Part shown: positions 18,785 through 32,229 of the stretch, one piece after another
Position numbering within the stretch: the stretch's first letter is position 1
Layout of the letters: the number at the start of each line of letters is the position of its first letter
DNA from: an uncultured Planctomycetota bacterium
GTDB taxonomy: Bacteria > Planctomycetota > Planctomycetia > Isosphaerales > Isosphaeraceae
Length of the DNA stretch: 64,000 nt
Reading direction: 5' to 3'
NCBI GenBank assembly: GCA_963823665.1
Contig: CAWGMQ010000005.1
Coordinates: 1,440,001 to 1,504,000 of the forward strand
The notes under the pieces: generated by a model
The model's input: only the letters and a program-made list of their open reading frames with translations
What the model was told of the DNA's origin: nothing
Databases searched by the model: none
Translations under genes and position numbers: made by a program

Positions 18785-20953
18785 TCATTCGAGTGCCAGG
18801 CCAGTTCCAAGCTTTCGGCCTTTTGAGCGCGTCGCCAGCGTCAGGTCGATCGTTGTGACGCTGCCGGCGCCCGTGACGTCGGCGGAGAGCGGCGTCCAGC
18901 CGATGGGTGACGAATCGCCGATCGCCACGGCGATCGTGTTCAAGTCGTTGCTGTCAACCACCCCGTCGCCGGTCACGTCGCCTAGCAAGCGGTAGAAGTG
19001 GTGGACTGCCGTTTGTCCGTCCGGGAGCTTGATGTCTACTTCGTAATAACCGTCGGCGGCCGTCGTGCTCGCGTTGCCGCCGATGCCGGCCGCTCCGAAG
19101 TCGATCTCGATGGCATGGTCGATGACGTTCAGGGTCGTGGGGCGCCCGAGTGAAACCGGCGCCTTGCTCGAGAGATCGCCATTGAGGTCGTACTTGAAGA
19201 TCTGGATGTCCGGTGACGCAGTGCCGATCGAGCGGTCGATCGCGGACAGCGCATTGCCGCTCTGGCTGTCGGTCTCGTTGAAGGTCAGGTCGAGGTAACG
19301 GACGAACGAGCGGCTGGGGCTGCCGTGCTCGACCGTGAAGCCGGTGACCTGGAGCCCGCCGGGCTGAGCGAAGATCTCGTTCGCGAAGGTGACATCCGGG
19401 TGCAAGGGCGCACTCTGAATATTACCGGCGCCGTCGATTCCGATGCTGTAGAACGAATAAGTATGCGATTGCCCATCCGTGAGGCCCTGGTAGACGACCG
19501 TCGCGTGATCCTGGCCATTGCCATCAGGCGCTCCGGCCGGGATCGCCGGGCCAAACTGCTCCACGGCGTTCGAATCCAGCGTGACGAAGACCTCGAAGTA
19601 CGCCAGCCCGCTGCCGCCGGCATCGCTGCCCGTAATGTTAAGAGTGAAGGTGCCGGTGCTCGTGTTGACCGTGCTTGGGTTGGTGCCTGTCTGAGTATCA
19701 ACGGACGTGACGGGCGGGGTCAGGTCGGGCACGTAGGTGCTGGCCTCGATGATCGGCTTCTTGACTTCGGAGTTGCCGGCTGAGTCCGTCGCAATGCTAT
19801 TGAACGCGTACGTCGTGTTGCTCTGACCGGCAAACGTGGCTGATGCGGCGGTCGCCGGCACCGTTGTCCAGAGTGTCCACGATCCACCGTTCGTGGACAC
19901 ATAGACGGCGAACGACGCAATTCCGGAGGCGTCAGGCCCTGGATCGCTGCCGGTCACCGAAACGGGGAATGCCAGGCTGGATTCGCGTTTGGGGAGCGGA
20001 CTGACCTTGCTACTGGGCGGCGTCAGGTCCATGAGCCACAACGTCGAGAGGGCGTTCGTGCCAAGATTGCCGCTGAGATCCGTGATGCCGGTCGCGCTCA
20101 CGGTCAACTTGTAACTGCCACTTCCGGTCGAGAGTCCGGCGAGTCCATTGATCTGGTAGGTCGCGCCGAAACAAAAGCCGTGGTCGCCGCACTGGTGATC
20201 AGGTTTGCCCCGCCGTCGTCGGTCAGCGTGATGTCTGCGGCGGTGAATGTGCTCAGGTTGATCGGCTCGTCGAAGGTGACTTGAACGGCCGATACCGGGG
20301 TGTTGCGCGGGTTGGGCGAAACCGGCGCGATCGACAAGAGCGCCATGACGACCTTGGTTTGTGCTTCGGCTGCTAGCGGGGTGGCCTCCACATTGCCGAC
20401 GTTATCGGTGGCGATGCTGTAGAAGCCATAGGTGTGGCCGTCCTGACCTGTGTAAGTGGCCGAGGTCTGTGTGGTCGCCGATTGCCAGAGAGTGAAGGGA
20501 CCGTTGTCGTCGGAGACGTAGACGTCGTAAGTGGCGATGCCGGAGCCGTTGGTGTCGTCTTCGCCGGCCCAGCTTACGTTGAAGTCTGCCGGGCTGAAGG
20601 GGGGGCAACGGGCCGACAGCGCTCGAGGGCGCGCCGGCGTCGATCGTGTTGAAGATCGGCGTCGTGTCCAGGGAAGTCTGGTCGGGAAGACCGGCCTGGA
20701 AGATGACTGTGGCCTTGGCGTTGATCGTGGTGCCGGTGGTGTCGGTGGATTTGGGCTGGACGGTGTAGCTGACGAATCCTTCGCCCTCGAGCGAGTTGGC
20801 GTCCGGTGGGAGGAACCCCTCCTCCGGGTTGCCGTACGGCACGTCGAAGGTCGTGGGGTCGATCGAGGTAAACGTCCAGGTGACGATGCCGGTCTGCTTG
20901 TCGAGTGCAGCGGTGACATCGACGTAGACACCGACTGTGCTGCGGGCGTCAAT
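18785..20953 (-). pseudogene. 5'-truncated large extracellular protein (FN3/Ig-like modules, C-terminal dockerin-like repeat), frameshifted
   Basis: GFLPPD..EGEGFVSYTVQPK; repeated SGIATYDVYVS...YSIATD.GN; GDVTGDGVVDSND / ADVTGAGSVTTID. In-frame stop at 20990-20992 and no credible start. Confidence 0.8.
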
Positions 20954-23900
20954 GAGTTCGAGTTCGGGACTTCGTTCGCGTCGACGCCGTTAGGAGGAAT
21001 TAGCGGCTATTACTTCGGATGGATTCAATCAGGAGATGTCAACGGCCAAGGTGTCATGGATTCAACTGGCACGGCCAGCAATGCTTTCGTCCAGGCGAGT
21101 GACAGCACGGCCTGGACGTTCAGGCCCGGCTACGCCTATTCGATGGAGGCCAGTTTTGAGGCCAACGACGTCGTGGGCAACAATCCGGTCGTGCGCCAGT
21201 ATGCGGATCCCGCGACCGTAGCCCAACAGGTTGTGCTCGATCAACCCATCGTCGGGACGATCACCGGCGCGGGCACCTACGCGTTCTATTCCGACACAAC
21301 CGCGAACGACATTATTCCTGAGCTACTCCAACCTGTTGGAAACTTGAGCAACCCGAGTTCCCTGACATGGAAGGTGGTGGCGCAGGGAAAGGTGCGCACC
21401 GTCATGCAGGGCACCAACAGGTGGAACCTCGATTTCCCGGCGGGTACCTATCCCAGCGGGCTCTACTTCGGATGGGAGGATACCGGGGATTCCGGCAAAG
21501 GCGCCATCATGTACGATTCCGGAACCGCCAGCAATGCTTTCATCAACATCGGCGGCTCCTCGACATGGACATATACGCCAGGCTTCGCCTATTCGATGCA
21601 AGCCAGCTTCATCACCGAAGCCGCGGGGCTTGATACGCCGGAGACGATCGCCGTCTCGAGCGATGGCAATTCGTTCGTCACGGGTGACAGTCTGGGCAAC
21701 ATCGCGACCTGGACCAAGCAACCCCAGGACGACGGAACATTCCAGCTCAGCACGAGCGTTGGGTGGTCTCTGGCCTCGGCATCAACGGTGGCTTCAGGGG
21801 GCCAAGTCTCTGCCGTGAATGTTGCCCTGGCCGACGATGGCTCGACACAAGTCACATCCGCTTCACCCGGGTCGACTGGGCCCAATTCGTCGATCGTCTC
21901 GGCCAACGGCATACTCTTTGGCGTGAACGCGGCGTCGAGCCAGATCCAGTACTCTTTTGACGGTGGAACCACCTGGCAATTCGCCACGGTGGACGGCTCG
22001 ACCAGCGGCGAGCTCCCATCAACCGCCGCCGAAAACACAGCGGGGTTCCCATTCGCCAACGATACATTCGATCTCGACGGCGGCGCTGCAAGTTTGGCGT
22101 CGAACGGAAGCACGCTGCTCGTCGGCGTGCCGGCTGGCCAGCTCGACAACGACTCGACCAATTATTACAACGGAAGCATCCCGACCACGACAATTTCCAC
22201 GAACAACACCACGCAGTCCCAGGGTGCCCAGTCGGGGGTGGTGCTCGCCTTTCAAATCAATGCCGATGATTCCCACACTTTTGAACAGGTTTTCGCCGGG
22301 TGGACAGGCTCGGAAGTGCAGAACGCGCACTTCGGCTCGTTCATGGCCATGAACGGAAACACGGCCCTGATCTCGTACCAGAATTCCCTCGAGATCTGGC
22401 AGTACAACACAACTGTCGCCAATGGTTGGGCGCAGCAAAGCGGGATTCAAAGCTCAGGCTCCCTCCCGGGAGCCAACCTCGTTTTCGCCATCGATGGAGA
22501 CACGCTGATCACGGAGCTTCTTGCCGCCGGGGCGTCAACCCCGACGGTCCGGATTTATCAAGAGAGTGGCTCGACGTGGAACCAGACAGCGAGCTTCCCG
22601 ATCGATCCCATCGCCGTCACCATTTCGGGCAACACGGCCTCGGCGACGGACACCAGTGGTATTCTCCACATCCTCAAGCAAAACGCGGCCGGCGTGTGGA
22701 ATGACATCCAGGATATTAACACCGCCACGTCCACTCCCAATTCGACGGCGACGCTCTCCACGCTCTCCGCGACCCGCCCGCCCGCCCGACAATAATAACC
22801 CGCCTTACCTCTGACGGATCCAGGTCATCGGATTCAACGTCACGCAAGGAGTCCAAACCTCCGGCAGTCCTGACGTGTACATTTCCAGCGACCTCGGCAC
22901 CTCCCAGCCCACAAACGAGAATTACCTCTATTCGTTCCCGTCCGAAGTCGCTCAGTACGAGTATCCGGGTAACGATACGTACTTGCTTGACAATTTCCCC
23001 GTGACGACGGTGAGTCCAGGCACCACAGTTTTTTGGGTTCGACAATCAAATTCGAACTCCGACAGCAACAACGGCAACCCGTACTATGGAATTGTGCAGT
23101 TCAGCCCGGCGACAAGTTATAGCCCCGGGACGATCACGGATTACCAGGTGAGCCCGAACGGTGGCACAACGACCACCTCGTCCCCGAATTTACTATCCGC
23201 CGTTTATAGTTACGACAGTGCCGGTCGTTATATCCGCGTGACGGAGATTTATGACTGCAGCATAAGCTGGGACCAATCCGGTGACACCGGAGCGATCGAT
23301 CTCTATGTTCAAGTCAGCGTCGACGAGGCAGACCCGATCGTCCCCGTAAACACCGACACCTCCGGTTCGCTCGGCAATCTGGTCGCGATCGGTCAGACAC
23401 AAGGCACCACCGCGGTGTACGCCGAGTCGGAGCTGCAGAGCGGATGGTTCAATGCCGGAGGGGCCGTCACCGGCATCGCGCTTTCCCCCGACGGCTCGAC
23501 GGTCTACGCCACCGCCACGAATGCATCATCCGGCTCCGGCGTTCTCTATGTGCTCGACCAAGGGGCGATCAACCCGGCCGCGCCCAGCACGCTGCAACTA
23601 CAACTGGCACCGGCGGGCTCCGACCCCGATCCCGTGACCTTCGGGCCGGGTGCCGACGGGAGCACGAGCGGCCTCAGCTCGGTCAACCTGAGCCCCGACG
23701 GCACCGACCTCTACGTGACCGAGCAGTCCGGCGCCGTGTGGATGTTCGCTCGGAATGCCAACAATTCGCTGGGAACGCAAACGATGTTTCCAGCGAGCGC
23801 CAACAACCTGGATGGCGTTGCGGCCTCCGCGACGGAAGCGGCGTTCACTTTGCCGAGCGACGGTCAGACGCAGCAGTTCATCGTCACCGCCGGTGCCGGC

Positions 23901-26900
23901 GCGAACACACTCGCCACGTTCCAGCTTCTCAATGGCCAGATCATCGCCGATCAAGGGAGCAATCCCGACGGTACGAACGGGCTGGGTCAGGGCGACCCCA
24001 CCGATCTCGTCCACCAGATTCAAGCGCTCACACTGAACCCCACCGCCAGCCCAGTTGCGGGCGTGAGCCAGGTCTTCTACGCTGCACGCGCCGCTCGACA
24101 ATTCGATCTTCGTGCTCAATCGAAGCTCAGCAGGTGTCACCACCGTCGTGCAGCGATTGACGGACGGCGTGATTGGCGCCTCGGGCACCGCCGACTCGAA
24201 CCTGGCCGGGGCGGCCTGCATTGCGGTCAGTCCCGACGGCCAGTACGTCTACATCGCATCGACCAAGGACGGCGCTGTTGCCGTTTATGAACGGGTTCAA
24301 CTCACGAGTAGTAGTGGAGTCGCCTTCGACGGGCTTGAGTATGTCAATGCGTACACGACGAGCGTCTTCGATACGACAGCGACGACCTCCCAGACCGCCA
24401 CGATCGCCGTGTCGCCCGACGGCAATAACGTCTATGTCAGCGGGCCGAACGGTCTGGAGGGCTTTGTTCGTGACCCCAGTACCGGGTTGTTGCCCCAAGC
24501 TTTGAGCCCGGTGCTCGCCCACACGGTGTCCGACATCATCTTCTCCGAGGACGGCACGCGAGCCTATGCGGTCTCACCATCCACCAACGAGCTGCTCGTG
24601 TTCAACCGCGCGACGGGTGGTTTGCTGACGAATCTGGCGTCCTATAACACGCGACTAGACGATCCAGAATCCGTCGTGCTCGGCAGCGCGATCGACGCCG
24701 CGACCCAGACCACGGTCGACGACCAGTTCGTCTATGTGGCCTCAGCCGGCAACAACTCGATCGCGGTGTTCGACGAATTTAGCGCCGACGGCACCGACAC
24801 GAAGATCGACGGCAACCTGCATTTCGTGCAAATCGTGCGTGAAGGCGTGAACGGCGTGGCCGGCTTGGGCGGCGTGAGCGTTCTCCAGGAGAGCGCCGCG
24901 GTGAACGATACCACGTTGCAGTTCAATGCGGCCGAGCTGAACGTGACAACCGATACCATCACCATGCCGACCGCGGACGGCCTGGTGACGGGGCAGAACA
25001 TCTGGTTTGACCAGGACGGGCAAGCACCCGGCGGCGTGAACACCACAGCCGGCACGCCCTATTACGTCCGCTCGCTCAACAACTTCAGCTTCCAGCTTTT
25101 CACGACCGCCGCGGGGGCCGTGGCGGACGACCTGATGCAACTGGTCCCCCTCACGACGGCGGGCACGAACGGCGCGTATGTCTTGCATACCAGCCTGCCC
25201 GCCGGTGCGTTCTTGTACGCCCTGGGCACCCAGTCGAACACCATCGCAGTCTTCGCACGCGATACCAACTCGGCGAGCCCGACCGCCGGCCAGCTCTCGT
25301 TCCTCCAGGAGATTGCCAACGAAGTCGGCAATTCCACGGGCGGTGCGAACGATGGTCTCTATGAGCCCAATTCGATCGCGGCGCCGGCCGACACCGTGAT
25401 CGGAAACGATCCGGTCATGGGCATGAGCGCGGGTACCACGACGCTCGCCAAGCAATTTGTGCTGGACCAACCCATCAATACGACGATCACCACGCAGAGC
25501 GTCTACACGTTCTACGCGGGCACCACCGGCGGCACCATCACTCCGGAGTTATTCGCACCCGTCGGAGACTTGAGCGATCCGAGCACGCTCTCCTGGACGC
25601 TGGTCGCATCCGGAACGACGCGCACCATCACGAATCTCGGCCTCAATGAGTTCGAGATGGGGTTCCCGTCGGGTACCTCGGGAATCGGGCTCTACTTCGG
25701 ATGGTCTGACAGCGGTGACTCGATGCACAACACCGCCGTCGAAGTCAATCTCGGAACGACCAGCAACGCCTTCTACGAGGGAAGCGGCAGCACGACATGG
25801 ACGTACGCGCCAGGCTCCGCCTATTCGATGCAAGCCAGTTTCGGCGATACATCCTCGGTGTATGTCGGTTCCGGATTCGACCCCGTACTGATCGGCGCAC
25901 CCGGCGGTTTCGTCACGCTGAACAACAATGCCAATGACAGTGTCTCGCTGCCGCCCGGCGAGACGGATTTGACCTACACGAACATCAGCGCCCTGGACAT
26001 CACCGCCGGCTCGGGTGATGACACCGTCACTGTGAACCAGGCTCCGACAAACGGGAATACCGCGCCAGTGGCGATTCCATTCGCCATCAACAACGGCTCG
26101 GGGGCTGACTCGGTCACCTTGAACGATGCGGGCAACAACGTGACCACATCGGTCAACCTGGGCAACGGCGAAAACACCTTCACCATGGACTCGAGCCGTC
26201 AGAACTCGACCGGCGCGGTCGTCGATGTGAGCATGGGCAGCGGCTCCGACTCGGTCATGATCGTGCAAGTGGCGCCGAACACCGACTTGACCGTCAACAC
26301 GCAGGGGCCAACCGCGGAGGACGTCACGGCCCCGGCGATCCCGAGCAGCAGCGGCGTGACGATCAACAGCCCAACGGCCACCAAGCTCGTCTATCAACTG
26401 AGAGGGACGGAAGACAACTCTGATTTCGTCAACGCCGACGGCAACCAACTTCAGTTGGGCTGGCAGGACCCGAACACGCCTTACGGCAGCCTGACGACCT
26501 CGGTTGGCGGTGAAGACGAGGTACCGACGGCTTCGACCTTTGCGAGCTCCGATGACTGGCCGGTGGCCATCATCGACCCGTCGCTCGACCGCGACAACTC
26601 CAACGAGCCTTCGGGCGCCGGCCCTGCCGGCAACCTGACGGTTTACGCAGGAGACAGCGTCACGCTGCAAAGCGATAGCACCATCCCGCAACCGACGCTC
26701 GATTCCGATCAAACGGCGACCGTCAGCTATGCGTGGGACCTTACCGGTGTCGGCCTCTTCACCGACCTGGTGACCTCGAGCGCCCAGACCACCCTGAGCT
26801 GGGCCGACCTTGTGGATTTCGGCTTCGGCGCCAAGGGGGGCAGTGCCGACCATGGTCTCAGCTACTATCCCCTGGGTCTGCAAGTCACTCTGACCGTCAA

Positions 26901-29900
26901 AACGTTCGATCCCACTGTCGACCTGGTACCGCAAATCACGAGCGTCGAGCAGAGTGAAATCTATGTTCCCGTAACGGTCATCGACCCCGGTCCGACGGTC
27001 ACGAGCGGCGGATCCTCCGGCGCGAGCATCACGATGAGCCTGGGAGGCGATCCCTACGCGCTCGATCTCGCCGCGGTCCAGGACCCGACGGGCGATCAAC
27101 TGGTCACGACCGAGGTAACCTGGGGCGATAGCGGTACGAATGAGGTCCCCCAGGACTTCGCGGCGGACCTGGTCCCCACGCATTACTATCAAAGTCCGGG
27201 TACGTATACGGTCACCGCGTCGGTCGTGGACGAGGATGGCGATTCGAACGCTGTTCCCTACACGACCACGGTCAACGTCGTGTTTGACGCGACCTCGCTG
27301 AGTCCGGGCAGCGCCTATGCGATCGACCAGGGCCAGGGAGTCTCGTTGTTTGGTGCAGCGGCCGGGTCGCCCACCGGATTCGAGTGGATCGTGAACGGCC
27401 AGAACGCCGGGGCCGGGACTGCCGGTGCGTTCAATTCGCAGACCGAGAGCGTCAGCGATAGTCTGACGCTGACCTGGGCCGAGCTGAAAAGCCTGGGCGT
27501 CACGGGCAGCCAGGCCAGAACAGCTTCAATGTCGAGCTACGTGCCAACTACGCGGGCGCCTCGGCCGCGATCACTTCGAACCCGACGATCCTGGTCGTCA
27601 CCGACGTCGGGCCGACCGCGACCTTCACGAATAGCGGACCAGTCGACCAGGGCCAGGCGGCGACGGTCAGTTTGATGGCGAGCGATCTCAACGGTCCGAC
27701 CGCCACGCTCTCCTACAGCTATAACTATGGTAGCGGATTTGTGGCGGGTGGACCGACCTTTACGTTGCCCGCGTCGCTTTCGCCAGGCAATCACGTGATC
27801 ACAGGTGAGATCAGCGATGGAACGATCACCCAGACCTATACCACCACGGTGATGATCGTCGACCTGGCGCCGCAATCGAGCTTGGACGCCGGCACGAACA
27901 GTATGCAGGTCGTGAGCGTAGGTGCCACCGCATCCGTCGGCGGTACGTTCGTTAACCCCGGCGGCGCAGCGGTCACGTTCTCGGCGTCGCTGGGCACGGT
28001 CAGTCAGAATCCCTCCGCCGGAACGTGGAGCTGGAGTTACACTCCCACCTCAAGCGCACCAGAGACGACGGTCACCATCACCGTCACCGACGCGGAAGGC
28101 GACACGGCGCAGCAGTCGTTCGGTTTGCTGGTCCAGGACGTGGCGCCCACTGGAACATTCAACGTTCCCGCGAGCTGCAACCAGGGTGATGCGGTCAGCG
28201 TGAGCTTCACGGGCGTCACGGACCCATCTTCGGCCGAGACCGCCGCCGGGTTCAGCTACTTCTATGACCTCGGCGATGGGAAAGGCTTTGTGGCAGGCAG
28301 CGCGACAGAGGCGGTCCCGGCGGCTGTCGTCGCGAACAGCGGCACGGTGACCATTCTCGGGCGGGTCGTCGATAAGAATGGTTCATACACGCAATACAGT
28401 GGCGTCCTGACGGTTAACGACGTGGTGGCCCAGATCACAAGCGTGGCGGTCACGCCCACGACATTCACGATTGGTCAACTCGTCACGGTTACCGGCACGT
28501 TCGGCGTGGACCCCGGCGTGAACGATACGCACACCGTGCGCATCGCATGGGGAGACTCGAACGCGGACCTGCTCTCCCCTGGGACAACGCTCGCGGTCAC
28601 CGCAGGCGGAACAGGTTACAGCAACGCTTCCAACGTCCAGGTCACCGGAGCGGAACCGGGATGACCGTGCAAATTGCGACCACGAGCGGGGCGATCACGG
28701 GCCTGCAAATCTCGAATCCCGGCACGGGCTACAAGCCTGGCGACGTGCTTACCGTCGACCGAGGCAGCGTTGCCGGCAACGCCAAGCTGTTGCTGGTGGG
28801 AATCTTCAATGCAAACACAAGGACGTTCACCGCGGTCCATACCTACGCGGGCCAAACCGTCTCAAACCCCGTTTCGATCACGGTGACGGTTGCCGACAAT
28901 GGCGGAGTCGAGGATCAAAAGACCCTCACGGCAATCGCCAAGGGTGCTCCCACGGTGCTCACCTGGAGCACCCCGATCGCCATCACTTACGGTACGGCCT
29001 TGAGCAGCACCGAGCTCAACGCCAGTGTCATGGTCCCGGGGAGCTTCGTCTACAATCCACCCGTCGGTACCGTTCTGCATGCCGGCACAACCAGACGCTC
29101 AGCGTCAGCTTCACGCCGACCGACATGGTCGACTACTTGCCCGCCACCGCGACGGTCTCGATCGACGTGAGCAAGGCCACACCTGTCATCACGTGGACCG
29201 CGCCAGCCCCTCTTGGCGCGGGCCAGGCCCTGAGCGCCACCCAGCTCGACGCCAGCACTGGTGTTGCAGGCACGTTTGTTTACAGTCCCGCGCTCGGCAC
29301 CGTTCTCGATGTCGGAAACAACCAGACGCTTGGCGTCACCTTCACGCCCGCGGACACGACCGATTACACGAGCGCGTCGGGCACGGTAACCATCAACGTG
29401 GCGCAGGCAACGCCGGCGATCACCTGGGCCAACCCGGCGAACATCATTCTCGGCACGGCCCTTGGGGCCACCCAGCTCGATGCGACGGCCAGCGTGCCCG
29501 GACAGTTCGCCTATAGCCCGCCCGCAGGCACCGTCCTCAGTGCGGGCAGTCAAACCCTCTCGGTGACTTTCACGCCCACCGACACGACCGATTACACGAG
29601 CCTCTTCGGACACCGTCACGATCTACGTGGCGCTCACGACACAGACAACGTCGACGATCACGTGGGCCAGCCCGGCGAGCATCACGTACGGTACGGTCCT
29701 CGGGGCCTCGCAGCTCGATGCGACGGCCAGCGTGCCCGGTCAGTTCACCTATAGCCCGGTTGCAGGCACTGTCCTCAGCGCGGGGAATCAGAGCCTCTCG
29801 GTGACGTTCACGCCCAGCGACTCGACCGATTACTCGAGCGCCTCGGGGATGGTTACACTCAATGTCGAAAAACCCGCGCCGCCTCCTCCGGTGATGGTCA

Positions 29901-30280
29901 TCGGCGAGCAAGCGGTATTCCAGCGCAAGCTGAAGAAGGGCAAACCGGTCGGAAAGTCGGTTCTGGTCGGATACATGCTCGACTTCAGCGCTCCGCTCAA
30001 CCCGGCGGCGGCCAATCGGGCCAATTTCCAGGTCGCCACGATGACCACCAAGAAAGTCAAGAAGAAGGTCACGCACATCTTGCAGCCGATCACGAGTTTC
30101 AACGTCTCTTACGTGCCCGCGAACGACGCGGTCGATATCACCTTCAGCGGAACGGAGACGTTTCCGACGGGTGGTCAAATCACGGTTCTCAGCGGTGTGA
30201 CGGGCGCGACCGGCGGAGCGCTCACGGGCACCACCATCTTCACGATCGCTCCGAAAGGAACCAGAATCAGTCCGGGCTAA
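20945..30280 (+). pseudogene. 5'-truncated giant surface protein (~3000 aa): unassigned repeats, beta-propeller blades, PKD/Ig-like and 'ITW..PA.ITYGT.L' repeats; about 7 frameshifts
   Basis: Consecutive overlapping T/S/G-rich ORFs 20531-22795, 22875-24290, 24112-27675, 27672-28664, 28547-29170, 29125-29754, 29627-30280; SPDG..VYV blades; C-terminal KKGKPVGK...DFSAPLNP module. Confidence 0.82.
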
Positions 30281-31025
30281 GCATGACAGGAGCGGTTCAC
30301 ATTGACCAGGGCTTCAAGAGCCGGTCCCCTGGCTCTCCGTGCATCATGGTATCCACGGAGATGGGTGCCATTGCGAGCAAAATCGCGCTAACGCCCTTTC
30401 CGACATGACCACAATCGCCCCCCCCGCGACGTCCAACGATTGTGAAACTCTCGTAAAATCCTCACCAGGGGGATGACATCGCGTTACTTGCTTGTTAGTG
30501 TGCTGAACTGGAGAAGCAGCTAGCAAAGGATCTGAAGTCTCGTTCCCTCGGGTTCCGCGGACAATTCTTTCTCCCGCGCACCTTGAGTAGCCAGTCGGGT
30601 CTGTGCGAGCTCGCCTGAAGGCACCAATGGTTTCCAACAGGCAAGCTCGCCGCACTGGCCAAGCAAAAAACCAAGGAATGACGATCCGAATGGATGCGCA
30701 GGCGGCGGCGCCCGACCATGGGCGCAAACGAACGAGTGCTTGAGGCATTGCGCACACTCGTTCAAGACTATATATAACCAATTGCACGCGCGCTGGGCGG
30801 GATCGATTTCTCGATCCCATTATCAGCGCACCGGCGCGGATCGTCCGCCCACTTTGTGGGGCGAGCGAAGTCGCGGTCCGGCCATGAGGCGGCAGATCTC
30901 GCTCGTTGGATCTGCTTCGCCTGTCAAATCGTCAGATACTTGATCGTGCGAGTCGTCAGAGAGGCGTTTCTGCTGCCACGGCCGGGGCCGTGTGTGGCTT
31001 GATCCTTGAACAGGAGGCACTTGCC

Positions 31026-32165
31026 ATGAGGTTGTTTTTTCGGAGTGCGGTCGGGTCGTGTTTGATTGTAGCCGCCATGAGCTCTCTTCCCGTGACGCGT
31101 GCTCAAGAGACACGCCAGATTCGGCCCGAGGTTGATCTGCTCAAGCAGTCAATTTGTGAGAAGCTCGAGGCGGCCGCCGACAAGCTCGGCCTGACCCCCG
31201 AGCAGCGAGATAAAATCAAGGAAACGCACAGCGCTTTCGAAGCCAAGCGCAAGGCGTTAAGAGAGCAGCATCACGAGCTCTTCCAGACCGACCTGAAGGC
31301 GATTGACGAGATCCTGACGCCCGAACAGCGAAACCAGGTCAAGGCCTTCATGGAAGATCGGCCCGAGGCGCAGGAAGAGGGCCAGGGACCGCTCAAGTGG
31401 ACGCAAGACGCCTCCGTGCGCGACACTCTCGGCCAGAAGCTCCGCTCAGCGGCGGAAAAGCTCGGGCTGACGTCCGATCAGCGGTATCAAATCAAGGACC
31501 GGCTCGCCGCCTCAACCGAAAAGTACCGCGATCAACGCCATGCTCGCCACGAGCTGGTCGACGCCGAGCGCAAGGCGATTTCCGAAATCTTGACGCCGGA
31601 GCAGCGCGAAAAGGCGCGGCATTACTTTGAACAGCGCGTCTTGACCGCGCCGATCGTTCAGTCAGTGTGCGCGCGGCTCCATGCGGCTGCCGAAAAACTG
31701 AATCTGACCGCGGAGCAGAGGAAGCAGATTCTCGAAACCCACGAGAGCTTCGACGAAAAGTACGACAAGCTGGCCGAAGATCGCCGCGAGCTTCTCAAGT
31801 CAGAGTTGAAAGCCGTTGGCGAAACACTCACGCCCGAACAGCGTGAGAAGGTGCGCAACTACTTCCAGGACCATCTTGTCGTGATCGACGTCCAGTTTGA
31901 CCCAAACAACCCGGAAGCCATGGCGATGCTCAAAGAGTCGATCGCAGACCGGCTCCAGGCCGCAGGCGAGAAGCTGGGACTGACCCAGGAACAGCGCGAC
32001 AAGATCAAGGCGACCTACGCAAGTTTCGCTGCAAACTACGCCACGCAGCGCGATCAGCGCGAGGCGCTGAGAAAAGAGGAGCTGAACGCAATGAGTGCGG
32101 TACTCACGCCTGAACAGCGGGAGAAGACCAAGAACTACTTCGCAGACGTGCTTGACAATCCCTGA
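31026..32165 (+). CDS. Periplasmic Spy/CpxP-like protein with four tandem LTxxQ-pair domains
   Basis: GGAGG RBS, signal peptide, 8 LTxxQR motifs. Confidence 0.82.
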   Translation: MRLFFRSAVGSCLIVAAMSSLPVTRAQETRQIRPEVDLLKQSICEKLEAAADKLGLTPEQRDKIKETHSAFEAKRKALREQHHELFQTDLKAIDEILTPEQRNQVKAFMEDRPEAQEEGQGPLKWTQDASVRDTLGQKLRSAAEKLGLTSDQRYQIKDRLAASTEKYRDQRHARHELVDAERKAISEILTPEQREKARHYFEQRVLTAPIVQSVCARLHAAAEKLNLTAEQRKQILETHESFDEKYDKLAEDRRELLKSELKAVGETLTPEQREKVRNYFQDHLVVIDVQFDPNNPEAMAMLKESIADRLQAAGEKLGLTQEQRDKIKATYASFAANYATQRDQREALRKEELNAMSAVLTPEQREKTKNYFADVLDNP

Positions 32166-32176
32166 CCCGAACTACC

Positions 32177-32215
32177 AGCCGCAGCGCGGGCCTCTCCGTC
32201 CGTGCTGCGGCTTTA
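32177..32215. terminator. GC-rich hairpin between convergent genes
   Basis: AGCCGCAGCGCGGGC-ctctcc-GTCCGTGCTGCGGCT followed by TTA. Confidence 0.55.
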
Positions 32216-32229
32216 GATCCCGTGGTCGT

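Noticed and set aside
20531..20944. Apparent N-terminus of the 754-aa ORF 20531-22795
   Set aside because: This stretch is antisense to the minus-strand surface-protein gene, so it is not a credible start.
30280..31025. Riboswitch or ncRNA in the long intergenic region (inverted repeat GAACGAGTG/CACTCGTTC near 30730-30763)
   Set aside because: No recognisable family consensus; an Rfam/Infernal search would be needed.
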